NCBI GenBank assembly: GCA_963793305.1 | Contig: CAWBZV010000009.1 | Span: 1 to 64,000, forward strand | DNA length: 64,000 nucleotides | Origin: an uncultured Gemmatimonadales bacterium | GTDB lineage: Bacteria; Gemmatimonadota; Gemmatimonadetes; Gemmatimonadales; Gemmatimonadaceae | Direction: 5' to 3' | Shown here: positions 41,450 through 51,542 of the stretch, piece after piece | Position numbering within the stretch: position 1 is the first letter of the stretch | Layout of the letters: each line of letters opens with the position of its first letter | Translations under genes and position numbers: made by a program | The notes under the pieces: model-generated | What the model saw: only the letters and a program-made list of their open reading frames with translations | Database searches by the model: none | What the model was told of the DNA's origin: nothing

Positions 41450-43555
41450 TCAGGGAGTTGGGCGGGGACGTGGCCACGGCATCGGCCAGACGTTGAGATG
41501 GTCACCAGCCAGCGCGCGGACCGCGAGCTCGCGCGTCGCCGGATCCTTCGAGTCCAGCAACCGCTCGACGGCCTCTGGCGAGCGCTCGCCCATCGCGGCG
41601 ATCGCCCGGACCATGTCGCGGCGCAGATCCTCATCGGTCTCGCTCTGCAAGGCCTTCTCGATCGCCGGCTCGGTACTCGGGTCCTTGATGTTGAACAGGG
41701 CCCACGTGGCCATTTTCCGTACGCGTGGTTCCGGGTCTGCCAGCAGCGCGCTGAGCTCTGACGGCGCGTGCTCCAGGTCGCACTGCCCGACCGCCCAGGC
41801 CGCGCTGGCGCGCACCTTCGAGTCGGCATCGTGCAGAGCGGTGACGAACAAGGGGACGCTCATTGACTTGCAGTCGCTCGCCAGCGACCAGGCGGCGGTC
41901 GCGCGGACCGACGGGTCGTGGTCCTCGCGCACGGCGTCGGACAAGGCGGTCGCGACATTGTCGCCTTCCACGCCCTCGAGCGCCCAGGCGGCCATCTCGC
42001 GGACCTCGGCGTCCGAGTCGTGCCGCAGCGCGGTGGCGAGTGCGCTCCGGACCGGGTCTTCGTCGTGGAACTGCTCCAGTCCCCACGCGGCGACTTTGCG
42101 GAGCGACGCGCTCGAATCGGAGCGCAGGATCGAGATCAAGAGCGTCCAACGCCGCGCGCTCGAATCGGCGCCCTGCGTTGGCGCTAAAGCCGTGGTGCGG
42201 GACGGTATGGGAGCTGGCGTTGGTGCCGGCGCTGGCATCGGCACCGGCCGTGGGGCTGGCGTCTCGTCAGCGATCGATGTTCTCGGCTTCACGGCGACCA
42301 CCGGTGGCGCAGGGATCGTCGCGACTTGCGCGGTCCGCGTCAGCGGCCGCGCACTAGCGACCGCCGCGCGCGGTGCGAGAACCGCGATGCCGATGATGGC
42401 GTACAGCGCGCCGAGCGTCCCGACCAATGCCATCGCCCGCAATCGACTCGGCGTCCCACGACGACGCTCCGGATCGAGAATCGCGAGCATGCGCCCTTCG
42501 AAGTCGCGCTTCCGCGCCATCGTGCACGCCACCGCGGGCGCGACCGGTCCACGAATGCTCGTCACGATGTCGAGCAGATGCTGGGCGTAATCGCTCGCCC
42601 GCGCGCCCGACCGGATCGCGAGATCATCGCACGCCCGCTCGCTCTCGGCGCGCAGATGCCGCGCGGCCATCCAGACGAGAGGGTGAAACCAGTACATGAT
42701 GCACGCCAGGCGGCTCAGCAGATGTCCGAACATGTCGCGCCGTTGGATGTGCGCGAGCTCGTGCAGCAGTACCACGCGCCGGCGCTCGTCCGTCCACGAC
42801 ATCGCCTCGGTCGGCAGCACGATCGTCGGGTGACGGAATCCGCACGCGAACGGTACGCGCACGGCGTTCGACACGACCAGCCGCGGTAGCTCTTCCATGT
42901 CGAGCCTGTCCGCGACTTCATGCAGCGCAGCGCGCCAGGCTCCGGCATCGACTTCCGGCGCTGTATATGCGATGCGACGAACGGTCAGCAGTCCGTGCAC
43001 AAGGCGGGCGACCAGCGCCAGTACGCCCAGCGCCCACACGGCGAGCAGCCACCCCGAAAAGCGCGTCGCTGACGCGAACGTGGAGCCCGCCGTCATGGGC
43101 TGTGCCGACGTGGGTTCTGACTGCTTGGATTCTGTCGTCGTGGCCGCCACTGTGGGGATCGGCGACTTCGGCGCTGCGGTCTTCTCGGCGGGGATCGGCG
43201 ACTCCCGGGCTGCGGTCTTCTCGGCGGGGATCAGCGACTCCCGTGCTGCGGTCTTCTCGGCGGGGATCAGCGACTCCGGTGCTGCGGGCGCTGCGGTTTG
43301 CTCGGCCGCGATCGGCGAGTGCACCGCAGTCCGCTCGGTTGCGGTCGCCGCAGGCGCCGCGTAATTCGCGCTGGGCGGAAGCACCGGCACCCGAATCGGT
43401 CGCCATTCGAGCGCAGCGGGAAGCATCACGAGCCCACCGAGCGTGGCAAGCCAGACAAGATGCCGCGCCCCGGCCGAGGCTCGACGGAGCGAGCTCGCGA
43501 CGAGATACGCGACGATGACGAGCAGGGTGATTTTGACTAAGACGATGATCAACAC
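41450..43555 (-). CDS. M56 (BlaR1/MecR1-like) peptidase with C-terminal HEAT repeats
   Basis: SAGARHLVW, VLLHELAHIQRRD, YWFHPLVW, ERACDD; HEAT repeats; tail WPMPWPRPRPTP. Confidence 0.92.
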   Translation of the reverse strand: MLIIVLVKITLLVIVAYLVASSLRRASAGARHLVWLATLGGLVMLPAALEWRPIRVPVLPPSANYAAPAATATERTAVHSPIAAEQTAAPAAPESLIPAEKTAARESLIPAEKTAARESPIPAEKTAAPKSPIPTVAATTTESKQSEPTSAQPMTAGSTFASATRFSGWLLAVWALGVLALVARLVHGLLTVRRIAYTAPEVDAGAWRAALHEVADRLDMEELPRLVVSNAVRVPFACGFRHPTIVLPTEAMSWTDERRRVVLLHELAHIQRRDMFGHLLSRLACIMYWFHPLVWMAARHLRAESERACDDLAIRSGARASDYAQHLLDIVTSIRGPVAPAVACTMARKRDFEGRMLAILDPERRRGTPSRLRAMALVGTLGALYAIIGIAVLAPRAAVASARPLTRTAQVATIPAPPVVAVKPRTSIADETPAPRPVPMPAPAPTPAPIPSRTTALAPTQGADSSARRWTLLISILRSDSSASLRKVAAWGLEQFHDEDPVRSALATALRHDSDAEVREMAAWALEGVEGDNVATALSDAVREDHDPSVRATAAWSLASDCKSMSVPLFVTALHDADSKVRASAAWAVGQCDLEHAPSELSALLADPEPRVRKMATWALFNIKDPSTEPAIEKALQSETDEDLRRDMVRAIAAMGERSPEAVERLLDSKDPATRELAVRALAGDHLNVWPMPWPRPRPTP
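43154..43287. repeat. 36-bp in-frame tandem repeat (about 3.7 copies) in the M56 gene
   Basis: Units GGGGATCRGCGACTYC...GCTGCGGTCTTCTCGGC at 43154, 43190, 43226, 43262; encodes ESLIPAEKTAAR-like units. Confidence 0.93.
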
Positions 43556-43558
43556 GTA

Positions 43559-43933
43559 TTACCTCCCGCCATCACGCGCGCGCCGAATGCGCTCGCGTAT
43601 CGCTTTGACTTCCCGATCGGTCAAATCCGCATCCGTCAACTTGAGCAACGCCGTCACCGCTTGCTCAGCCGACCCGGCAAAGTACGTATCCACGACATGC
43701 TCGAGTGCCGCGTCCCTGGCCCGCTCGGTAGGCTGAGCGGGGAGATAGACGTACCGCGGCCCATCCTCCTTATGGAGAACGAGCTCTTTCTGCGCCAAGA
43801 TTCGCAGAATGGACCGCACGGCCGAGTAAGTCGGCGGATCGGGCAGCTCCGCCATAATGTCCGCCACGGTGGCCTCCCCGCGGCGGTGGACGATATCCAT
43901 GACCTGCCGTTCCCGTCGACTGAGTGCTTGCAT
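43559..43933 (-). CDS. BlaI/MecI/CopY family repressor
   Basis: LSRRERQVMDI, PTYSAVRSILRIL, DGPRYVY, VVDTYFAGS. Confidence 0.93.
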   Translation of the reverse strand: MQALSRRERQVMDIVHRRGEATVADIMAELPDPPTYSAVRSILRILAQKELVLHKEDGPRYVYLPAQPTERARDAALEHVVDTYFAGSAEQAVTALLKLTDADLTDREVKAIRERIRRARDGGR

Positions 43934-43969
43934 AAGTGATGCTGAATTTTCAACAGGCACCCGCTTTTG

Positions 43970-44872
43970 TCAAGCCCTCGCGCGCCGCACCTCGTACGCC
44001 CGTAGATGCAGGTACGCGAGGCTCAACAGGGCAGACTCACCTGTTCCTCGCCGTATGAGGTCGCCAAGGATGTGATCTGCCTCGGTCCTCGATCCGCGCT
44101 CAACGTCGCGCAGCATCGAGGCGGTCAATGTTGATCCTTCAGCGGTGATCGTCCCGCGCACGCGCTCCCGCACCGGGTCCCTCGGCGGATACCCACTCGC
44201 CGTCGCGATCGCGATCGACTCGGCGAGCATGGCGGTCGCAAACGGCGCCCCGCCCGCGGCAACAATGTCGCCGACCGACGCCCGCATGAGACACGTCTCG
44301 GCCGCGAGCGTCGCCAACAAGACCCACTTCTCCCACATCTCGAGCACAATCTGCTCGCTCAACTTCGCCTCGAACGTCGCCCCACTCAGCGCGCTCTCGA
44401 TGGCGAGCACACGCGCCGAGCGACTCCCATCGCGCTCGCCAAACGTTATCGTCTGATTCTGATTGAGGTGCAGGATGCGCCCGGCATCGTCGAGCGTGAG
44501 CGCCGCAATGGCGAGGCCGCCGAGCACGCGCTCCTTCCCGAAGTGCTGATCCAGCGCATCCAGATGACGCATGCCATTGAGGAGCGGCAGAATCGTCGTC
44601 CGCGGACCGACCGCCGGCGCGATCGCCTCCATGGCGCTCTCCAGATCGTACGCCTTGCACGAGAGGAGCACGAGGTCATACGCGCCCGACACCGTGGTTG
44701 GCGGATGCGGCAGCGTCGCATCACCGAACGGGCTCGTGATGACGAGCCCCGTCTCGGCGAGCCGCGCCGCGCGCGCGCTGCGCACGAGAAACGTGACGTC
44801 GCGCTTGGCTTGCAGGAGCCGACCGCCGAAGTATCCGCCGATCGCGCCGGCGCCGAGGACGAGAATGCGCAT
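43970..44872 (-). CDS. panE: 2-dehydropantoate 2-reductase
   Basis: MRILVLGAGAIGGYFG, CKAYDL, LLNGM, MWEKW, SMLRD, TEADHI. Confidence 0.9.
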   Translation of the reverse strand: MRILVLGAGAIGGYFGGRLLQAKRDVTFLVRSARAARLAETGLVITSPFGDATLPHPPTTVSGAYDLVLLSCKAYDLESAMEAIAPAVGPRTTILPLLNGMRHLDALDQHFGKERVLGGLAIAALTLDDAGRILHLNQNQTITFGERDGSRSARVLAIESALSGATFEAKLSEQIVLEMWEKWVLLATLAAETCLMRASVGDIVAAGGAPFATAMLAESIAIATASGYPPRDPVRERVRGTITAEGSTLTASMLRDVERGSRTEADHILGDLIRRGTGESALLSLAYLHLRAYEVRRARA

Positions 44873-44895
44873 GGAATAGAGTATAATTGAACGAG

Positions 44896-45255
44896 ATGAT
44901 TCACGGCTTCTGGCTGGTTGCCCTCGCGGCCTGTGCCACATTGACCGCGGTACTTCTCTTGTGGACCGCGACAGGACTCGCTCCAAAGGGAAAGGGCGTG
45001 AGTCCCTGGCCAGTGATTGGAAAGAGCTTCCTGTGGGGCCCGGTCGCTGGCGTGGTCTTCGCTGGCGCGTGCATCACTGTGGATCACGAAGCGCCAGTCG
45101 GATTCATAGCCACGGGCGCGATCCTCGGATTCGTCGTGGGCCCATGGGTCAGCGCCTTCGCGTGGGCCGACACGCTAAGGGTGTTCCCGCGCCGGCGTAA
45201 AGTGAAGGGCGCCGTCGACTCCTCGCCTCACGACACCAGCGTAGACTCCGAGTAG
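44896..45255 (+). CDS. Hypothetical membrane protein
   Basis: Three hydrophobic segments; TATAAT 8 nt upstream. Confidence 0.55.
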   Translation: MIHGFWLVALAACATLTAVLLLWTATGLAPKGKGVSPWPVIGKSFLWGPVAGVVFAGACITVDHEAPVGFIATGAILGFVVGPWVSAFAWADTLRVFPRRRKVKGAVDSSPHDTSVDSE

Positions 45256-46605
45256 CTCGCGGCTCCACCACCGGTGCGTCTGTCGCCGCGCGGTGAAATC
45301 GGTAAACCAGTAGCGCCAGATCACGCTGCGCACCGCGGTCGGTGGCGCCGACGCGAACGGATTTCGCGCGAACAGCTTGAGCACGCTCGGCTCGGCCATC
45401 ACTAGCCGCGCCTGTGTGGTCACGACCCACGGCGAGTCGTTCCACGGCCCGAGCGAGGCGAACCAGAGGTTCCACTCGAAGCGCGGCTGATATGGCGCAT
45501 AAAGTCCGGGCGGCGCCTTGGGATCCTGGGGCTTGTAACGAAATGGATATGCCACCCACGTCGTGTCATCCCGCGATCCCTGGAACTCGATCTCATACTC
45601 TGCCGTCGTCATGACGGCGAACAAGCCATAGGCGTTCGCCACGCGGAACGGTGCCAGGAGCCGCGCCGGCAGCGCGAACGGCTCCGGCACTGATCGCGCG
45701 AAGAAATCGACGGTCGATGCGTACAGGGTGATGAAGAGTGCGCCGACGCTCACCCACCCAACGCGTCTCGTCGTCGCCGGTGACTCACTCGGGACGTTGA
45801 CGAGAAAGACGCCGAGGGCGAGCACCAGATAATTGAGAAAGGCGTAGTTGGCGGTGGTAATAATCCCGATTTGAAACAGGGTCAGGAAAACCGCCGCGTG
45901 GCGCCGAACCACTCGTGGCGCGAATACGACCCACGGTGCGAGCAGCTCGACGGCGAGAGTCATCACCGTGACGCCCGCTTGGATGACGTGCGGGAGCTGT
46001 TGCTCGTACCACCCGAGCCAGGTGGGCAGGGGATTGTTCTCGTAGTAGTGGTCCATCGCGGTGAGCGTCCGCCACTGCACGTCGCCGCTCAGGATCTTCA
46101 CCAGGCCGGACTCGAAGTAGATCGAGAACCACTCCCACCGAAGCAACCAGACCGCGGCCCGTGGCGGCGGAGCATTGGCGGCGAGTCCGGGCCGGATGCC
46201 GGGCGGCGCAAGCAACACCGCCGCCACGCCCGCCTGCATGAGCATGCCATCCGACTGGTACGATGAGAAATCCTGCAACGCCGCGATGCACGACAGAAAC
46301 GCCAGGGTGCATGCCGCCACCGTCACACGAGGCCAGACGTTGAAGGTCAGCAGCATCGAGGCGATGAGCCCCGACCAAACCAGGACATTCAGCGCGAGAT
46401 CACTGGTGCCAAACCAGAGCAGTGTGGGCGCGGCCCATACGTGCACGATGCCGGGCGCGGCCTCGCGCAGGGAGTCGAGATACAGCCCCGTGGGCAAGAT
46501 CCCGTTCGGTCCGATCAGCCCGTGGATCTGAAAGAGCAGCGAGTAAAAGGCCGAGCCGAATATGAGACCGAGCGCCCGCAGGAATATCCACCGCGGCCAG
46601 ACCAT
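45175..46605 (-). CDS. Lipase maturation factor (LMF) family protein (start uncertain)
   Basis: RWIFLRALG, GLIGPNGILP, YQSDGML, YENNPLP, TANYAFLNYL, NAYGLFA, PYQPRFEWNLWFA. Confidence 0.9.
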   Translation of the reverse strand: MVWPRWIFLRALGLIFGSAFYSLLFQIHGLIGPNGILPTGLYLDSLREAAPGIVHVWAAPTLLWFGTSDLALNVLVWSGLIASMLLTFNVWPRVTVAACTLAFLSCIAALQDFSSYQSDGMLMQAGVAAVLLAPPGIRPGLAANAPPPRAAVWLLRWEWFSIYFESGLVKILSGDVQWRTLTAMDHYYENNPLPTWLGWYEQQLPHVIQAGVTVMTLAVELLAPWVVFAPRVVRRHAAVFLTLFQIGIITTANYAFLNYLVLALGVFLVNVPSESPATTRRVGWVSVGALFITLYASTVDFFARSVPEPFALPARLLAPFRVANAYGLFAVMTTAEYEIEFQGSRDDTTWVAYPFRYKPQDPKAPPGLYAPYQPRFEWNLWFASLGPWNDSPWVVTTQARLVMAEPSVLKLFARNPFASAPPTAVRSVIWRYWFTDFTARRQTHRWWSRELLGVYAGVVRRGVDGALHFTPAREHP

Positions 46606-46631
46606 CTCTGGCGCGGGCGCGGCCAGCGATC

Positions 46632-47576
46632 TCAGGATGGAACGCCTCCATTCAAGATGGTCGCCAACTTCGGCAGGTCGATGTTGCCGCCGGAGATGAC
46701 GCACACGACTCGCTCACCGCGCTTCGCTGAGCGCGCTGCCGCGACTGATGATCCACCGGCGCCTTCGGCGACGATGTGCGCGCGCTCGGCCAACCAGCGC
46801 ACTGATGTCGCGATATCGGCGACGGTACTCACGATCGAGCCGGCGAGCAGCGTCTTGACGAGTGGCCACATGTCCTCGAGCACCGCCTGCCCGCCGATGC
46901 CGTCGACGAAGCTTGGCCGCCGTTCGACGCGGCTGGCGCGGCCCTCGCGCAGCGATGCCGCGAGAGGCGCGGCGGTTTCGACCTCGCAGGCGTAGACGCG
47001 GGCAGACGAGCCGGCGGCGCGCAGGCCGAGCGCGATGCCGCAGGCCAGGCCGCCGCCGCCAAACGGCACGAGCACGGTGTCAACGTCCGGCATGTCCTCG
47101 AGAATCTCGAGCGCGATCGTCGCGTTGCCGGTCATGACGTCGACATTGGCAAATGGGTGAACGAACCGACCATCGAGTCCCGGATACGATCGCTCTTCGA
47201 ACACCTGCCACCAGCGCTCGGGCGACACCTTGATAACGGTGCCGCCGAGTCGCTCGACGGCGCTGGTCTTCGCAACCGGCGCGCTGTCGGGAACGATGGC
47301 GGTGGCTGGAATGCCTTGTGCACGAGCGACCCAGGCCACGCCTTGCGCCATGTTGCCGGCGCTCGCGGTATATGCCGATCGCCACGAGCCCGAGGCGAGC
47401 GCGGCCGCCGCGCCGCGGATCTTGAATGATCCGATCGGTTGCAGCGTCTCCAATTTGAGCGCGAGGCCCTCGACGGTGATCAACGGCGTGCGTATGGCGA
47501 TTCCGCGAAGCGACAAGCGAGTCGTCTCGATCGCATCGAGGGAAAGCGAGGTGGGAAGTGTGACTGTAGTGGGCAC
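46632..47576 (-). CDS. Threonine/serine dehydratase family PLP enzyme
   Basis: KLETLQPIGSFKIRGA, SAGNMAQG, PFGGGGL, ISGGN. Confidence 0.9.
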   Translation of the reverse strand: MPTTVTLPTSLSLDAIETTRLSLRGIAIRTPLITVEGLALKLETLQPIGSFKIRGAAAALASGSWRSAYTASAGNMAQGVAWVARAQGIPATAIVPDSAPVAKTSAVERLGGTVIKVSPERWWQVFEERSYPGLDGRFVHPFANVDVMTGNATIALEILEDMPDVDTVLVPFGGGGLACGIALGLRAAGSSARVYACEVETAAPLAASLREGRASRVERRPSFVDGIGGQAVLEDMWPLVKTLLAGSIVSTVADIATSVRWLAERAHIVAEGAGGSSVAAARSAKRGERVVCVISGGNIDLPKLATILNGGVPS

Positions 47577-47592
47577 GTTTCGTCGGGTTGGT

Positions 47593-48798
47593 ATGCGGCG
47601 ATACCCCATTCTATATCTGGTCGCGCTCGCTCTGTTAGGGGCTTGCGCGAGCGGGCACTCGGCGACCGGGCCATCGGGGACCAGCCTCACGGTCGTGAGC
47701 GGCGACAGTCAGACCGGGACATTCGGCGCGGTACTCGGCGCACCGGTCGTCGTGCACGTTGCGCCAGGGACACCCGTTACATGGCAACCATCGACCGGGT
47801 CCGGCACGATCAGCGCGCCGGCGACGAGCGACTCCAATGGGTTGGTGCACGCGTCATGGACGCTCGGGCCGGAGTTCTTCGGTCAGTCTGTGTTGGTCAC
47901 TGCCAATGGCCAGTCGCTGACCGTTTATGCATGGGGTAATGGGAGTGGAGACCTCGGCGGACGGCAGGTCTTCCCGGCGGACAACGCCTGGAACGCCGAT
48001 ATTTCAAACGCTCCGGTTGACGCCAACTCGCCGACGCTGATCGCGAGCTGCGGCGCTTCGAGCTCGCTGCATCCGGATTTCGGCACGGTCTACAACGGCG
48101 CCCCGAACGGGATTCCCTATGTCGTCGTGCACGGGAATCAACCGCTCGTCCCGGTGAGTTTTCAGTACGCGAGCGAGAGCGACCCTGGACCGTATCCGGT
48201 GCCGCCGAACGCATCAGTCGAGGGTGGCCCGAGCGGCACTGGCGACCGGCATGTGCTCGTGCTGGATGCGGACGCCTGGAAGCTGTACGAGATGTGGGAT
48301 GCCACGCCGGTGGGGAGCGGGAGCTCCTGGACCGCCGGCTCCGGCGCGATCTTCGACCTCTCGTCGGACGCGCTGCGCCCGGCCGGCTGGACATCGGCCG
48401 ATGCCGCCGGGCTCCCGATCCTGCCGGGTCTCGTCTGCTACGACGAAGTCGTCATCCACGGCGCGATCACGCACGCGCTGCGGTTCACCTGTCCAGCGAC
48501 ACGCAAAGGCTACATCGCTCCCGCGCGGCACGAAGCGTCGAGCGACACCAGCTCGGCGCTCCCGCCAATGGGTATGCGCGTGCGACTCAAGGCCATGTCG
48601 CTCGCGTCGTTTCCTCCCCATGTACAGGTGATTCTGCGGGCGCTCCAGCAGTATGGGATGTTCGTGGCTGACAACGGCTCGGCGTTCTACGTGAGTGGCG
48701 CGCCTGATCCTCGATGGAGCGACGACGAATTGCACGCGATGACAGCGCTCCACGGCAGCGACTTCGAGGTCGTGCAGATGGGGCCCGTCACACCGTAG
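47593..48798 (+). CDS. Lipoprotein with Ig-like domain and conserved unknown domain
   Basis: Lipobox LGAC; VVSGDSQTG Ig-like; FPADNAWN, GDRHVLV, WTSADAAGLPI, YGMFVADNGS. Confidence 0.8.
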   Translation: MRRYPILYLVALALLGACASGHSATGPSGTSLTVVSGDSQTGTFGAVLGAPVVVHVAPGTPVTWQPSTGSGTISAPATSDSNGLVHASWTLGPEFFGQSVLVTANGQSLTVYAWGNGSGDLGGRQVFPADNAWNADISNAPVDANSPTLIASCGASSSLHPDFGTVYNGAPNGIPYVVVHGNQPLVPVSFQYASESDPGPYPVPPNASVEGGPSGTGDRHVLVLDADAWKLYEMWDATPVGSGSSWTAGSGAIFDLSSDALRPAGWTSADAAGLPILPGLVCYDEVVIHGAITHALRFTCPATRKGYIAPARHEASSDTSSALPPMGMRVRLKAMSLASFPPHVQVILRALQQYGMFVADNGSAFYVSGAPDPRWSDDELHAMTALHGSDFEVVQMGPVTP

Positions 48799-49432
48799 TG
48801 CCGGCGACGGCGGCGATGCCGGCGAGCGAGAACGTCGTGATGTGCTCGACCATCTCGTCGATCTGCGCTTCGGTGTGTGGCAACGTATCGCCGAAGGCGA
48901 TCGTGCGGAACTTGTCGGGACGACAGAACAAAAATTGCGAGTGGACGCTGATCGCGCAGCGGAGCACCCGTGGGTCATCGTCGGTGGTCGCCAGCAGCTC
49001 GGCCATGAGGCCACGGAGATAGCGCAGCCGCGGCTGGAACCCGTGCTCGACAATCCACTCCGTAGCCGCGGTCGGCTCGGCCATCTCGTGAATCATGAGG
49101 CGGAAGATCCACGAGCCCGGGTCGATGCTGATCAAGAGGCGCACGTGCATGGCGATGTAGTGCCGCAAGCGCTCCTCGGCCGTCGAGCCGGGACGCGCGT
49201 GCATCGTCACGTCGCTGTGCTTCCGCATTTCCTGCACGGCCAGCTCCAGCACCGCCATGTAGAGGCCGAACTTATCGCCGAAGTGATAGTTCACGGCGGC
49301 GAGGTTCGCCCCCGCCGCGCGCGCGATGTCGCGCACGGTCACCTTCGCGAACCCATGCTCGGCGAACATCCGGATGCCCGTGTCGAGCAGCCGCTGGCGC
49401 GTCTCCTGGCCGCGCGGGCTGGAGTCGCTCAC
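48788..49432 (-). CDS. TetR family regulator (CecR/DUF1956-like)
   Basis: TRQRLLDTG, VTVRDIARAAGANLAAVNYHFGDK, HEMAEPT, FSLAGI. Confidence 0.9.
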   Translation of the reverse strand: MSDSSPRGQETRQRLLDTGIRMFAEHGFAKVTVRDIARAAGANLAAVNYHFGDKFGLYMAVLELAVQEMRKHSDVTMHARPGSTAEERLRHYIAMHVRLLISIDPGSWIFRLMIHEMAEPTAATEWIVEHGFQPRLRYLRGLMAELLATTDDDPRVLRCAISVHSQFLFCRPDKFRTIAFGDTLPHTEAQIDEMVEHITTFSLAGIAAVAGTTV

Positions 49433-50550
49433 AGCGTCCGCCGAAAGAGCCGCGTGGCGATGGCCAGCGTGATCACGGTGAAGATCGCCAGGTACACGAG
49501 ATCCCCCCAGATCGCCTCAAACCCGGTGTTCTTGAGCAACAGGCACTTGAACGCGTGCACGCCATAGGTGAACGGATCGACGATGGCGAGGCCCTTCATC
49601 CACGTCGGGAACGCTTGCTGCGGATAGACGGCGCCGCTCGGAAACCAGAGGAGCGTATTGAGGAGGCCGAACATCGCCCGTGGAATGAGCGGGTCGCTCA
49701 TGCGGGCCATCAGCATGAACATCATGCTGACGAGCGCCATGGACGTCATCACGACCACGACGGCAAGTCTCACCAAACGCAAGGGATTAAACGGGTGAGG
49801 AATGCCGGCGATCAGCGACCCGACAGTGATGAGCACGAACCCCGCGATCACCGCCTTGATCGTACCGGAGATATTGAAGCCGAGGATCAGCTCTAGCTTG
49901 CTGATGGGCGTGACGAGGTATCCCTCGTGCAGGCCACGCGATTTGTCGTCGATGTAGATGATCCCGCCGCCGATCATGACCATGACGAAGATGGCCATGA
50001 CGGTGGTGCCGGCGAGGAGATACTGGATGTACGGGACGTACGGGTACACCTCCACGACATCCATCGAGGTCTGGGGCGGCACGCGACTGGCTGGCAGATC
50101 GGTTGCGCTGGAATCGTACGCCTGCACCATACCAGATACGCTTCCCTCGAGCGCACCGCTGGCGAACTGATCGGTGTTGTCTTCGATCAACGCGATCCGC
50201 GGATCGTCCTTGGCGAGCACCCGGCGAGAGTACCCGGGCGGAATCGTCAGGACCGCGCTCAGATGGCCGTTGCGCAGCGCCGTGAGCGCCGAGCCCTGGT
50301 CGTCGTAGGGCACCGCGTCGAAGGTGCGCGCGTTGGCCGCGACGGCGCCGGAGAGCTCGTGGAGCTTGACCGCCGGCACGCCGCGGTCTTGATCGACGAC
50401 ACCCAGCTTGAGGCCTTTGACCTTGCCGCCGAATGCGTAGCCCAGAACCACGAGCTGCACGATCGGCATGATGCAGGACATGACAATGAGCGCGGGGCTC
50501 TTGCTGAACCGCCGCAAGTCGCGCTCGACGAGTGCCCAGATGCGTTGCAT
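49429..50550 (-). CDS. ABC-2 type transporter permease
   Basis: VLGYAFG, GVVDQD, SGAVYP, DPFTY; six TMs. Confidence 0.9.
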   Translation of the reverse strand: MQRIWALVERDLRRFSKSPALIVMSCIMPIVQLVVLGYAFGGKVKGLKLGVVDQDRGVPAVKLHELSGAVAANARTFDAVPYDDQGSALTALRNGHLSAVLTIPPGYSRRVLAKDDPRIALIEDNTDQFASGALEGSVSGMVQAYDSSATDLPASRVPPQTSMDVVEVYPYVPYIQYLLAGTTVMAIFVMVMIGGGIIYIDDKSRGLHEGYLVTPISKLELILGFNISGTIKAVIAGFVLITVGSLIAGIPHPFNPLRLVRLAVVVVMTSMALVSMMFMLMARMSDPLIPRAMFGLLNTLLWFPSGAVYPQQAFPTWMKGLAIVDPFTYGVHAFKCLLLKNTGFEAIWGDLVYLAIFTVITLAIATRLFRRTL

Positions 50551-50551
50551 G

Positions 50552-51542
50552 CTAGCGTCTCATCGTGAACGGGCTATCCGCGGCCGTGGGCGCTTGGAGC
50601 TCATCGCGGAGTTGGCGGCCCGTGAAGTGGAGGAAAACGTCGTCGAGCGTGACGCTCGCGACACCGAGCGTTTGCACCGTCACGCCGTTGGCGTCTGCTG
50701 CTTCCAGTACGCCGCGCGTGGTCTCCGGGGCGTGATGGGTCGTGATGCGGAAGACGTGACCCTCGGTGACCACGTGATCCACACCCGGGATTCGGCCGAG
50801 TCGTGCTTCCCAATCGGCGGGCGCTTTGGCGAACGTCATCTCCAGTGTGTCGGCGCCAGCCACGCTTTCTTTCAGGTTGGTTGGCGTATCGAGCGCCGCG
50901 AGCTTGCCGTGATCGACAATGGCGATACGATCGCAGAGCTTGTCGGCTTCGTCCATGTAGTGTGTCGTGAGCAGAACGGTCAGGTCGCGATCGGCTTTGA
51001 TCTTGCGGAGCATCTCCCAGACTCCGGTGCGCGATACCGGGTCCAGCCCGGTCGTCGGCTCGTCGAGAAAGAAATATCTTGGGCTCATGCACGAGCCCCC
51101 GGGCAATCTCCACGCGGCGCCGCATGCCGCCTGACAGTTTCTTGACCGGTTGGTCGGCCCACTGCGTAAGCTCGACCGCCTCGAGCAGTTCGCCGATCAG
51201 ACGCTTGCGCTTCTCGCGTGCCACGCCGTACAGCTTGGCGAAGATGGTGAGATTCTCCCTCGGCGTCAGTTCCAAATCGCTGGTGAGTGCTTGTGGAATG
51301 ACGCCAATCGCGCGGCGCACATCGTCGGGAGACGTGGTGACATCCGCCCCCGCGATAATTGCCGTGCCTGATGTCGGAGGGATCAGCGTGACCATCATGC
51401 GAATCAACGTCGACTTGCCGGCGCCGTTCGGACCGAGCAGACCGAAGATCTCGCCCGGCTCGACGCTGAACGAGATGTGATCAACGGCCGTGAATGTGCC
51501 GAACGTCTTGGTGATCGCTCGAACGTCGACGGCGGCACTCAT
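50552..51542 (-). CDS. ABC transporter ATP-binding protein (DrrA-like), +1 frameshift near 51073
   Basis: [16 protein letters not shown], then [27 protein letters not shown] in the next frame. Confidence 0.92.

Noticed and set aside
43154..43287. 36-bp repeats as a CRISPR array
   Set aside because: No spacers, in-frame within a CDS, no cas genes
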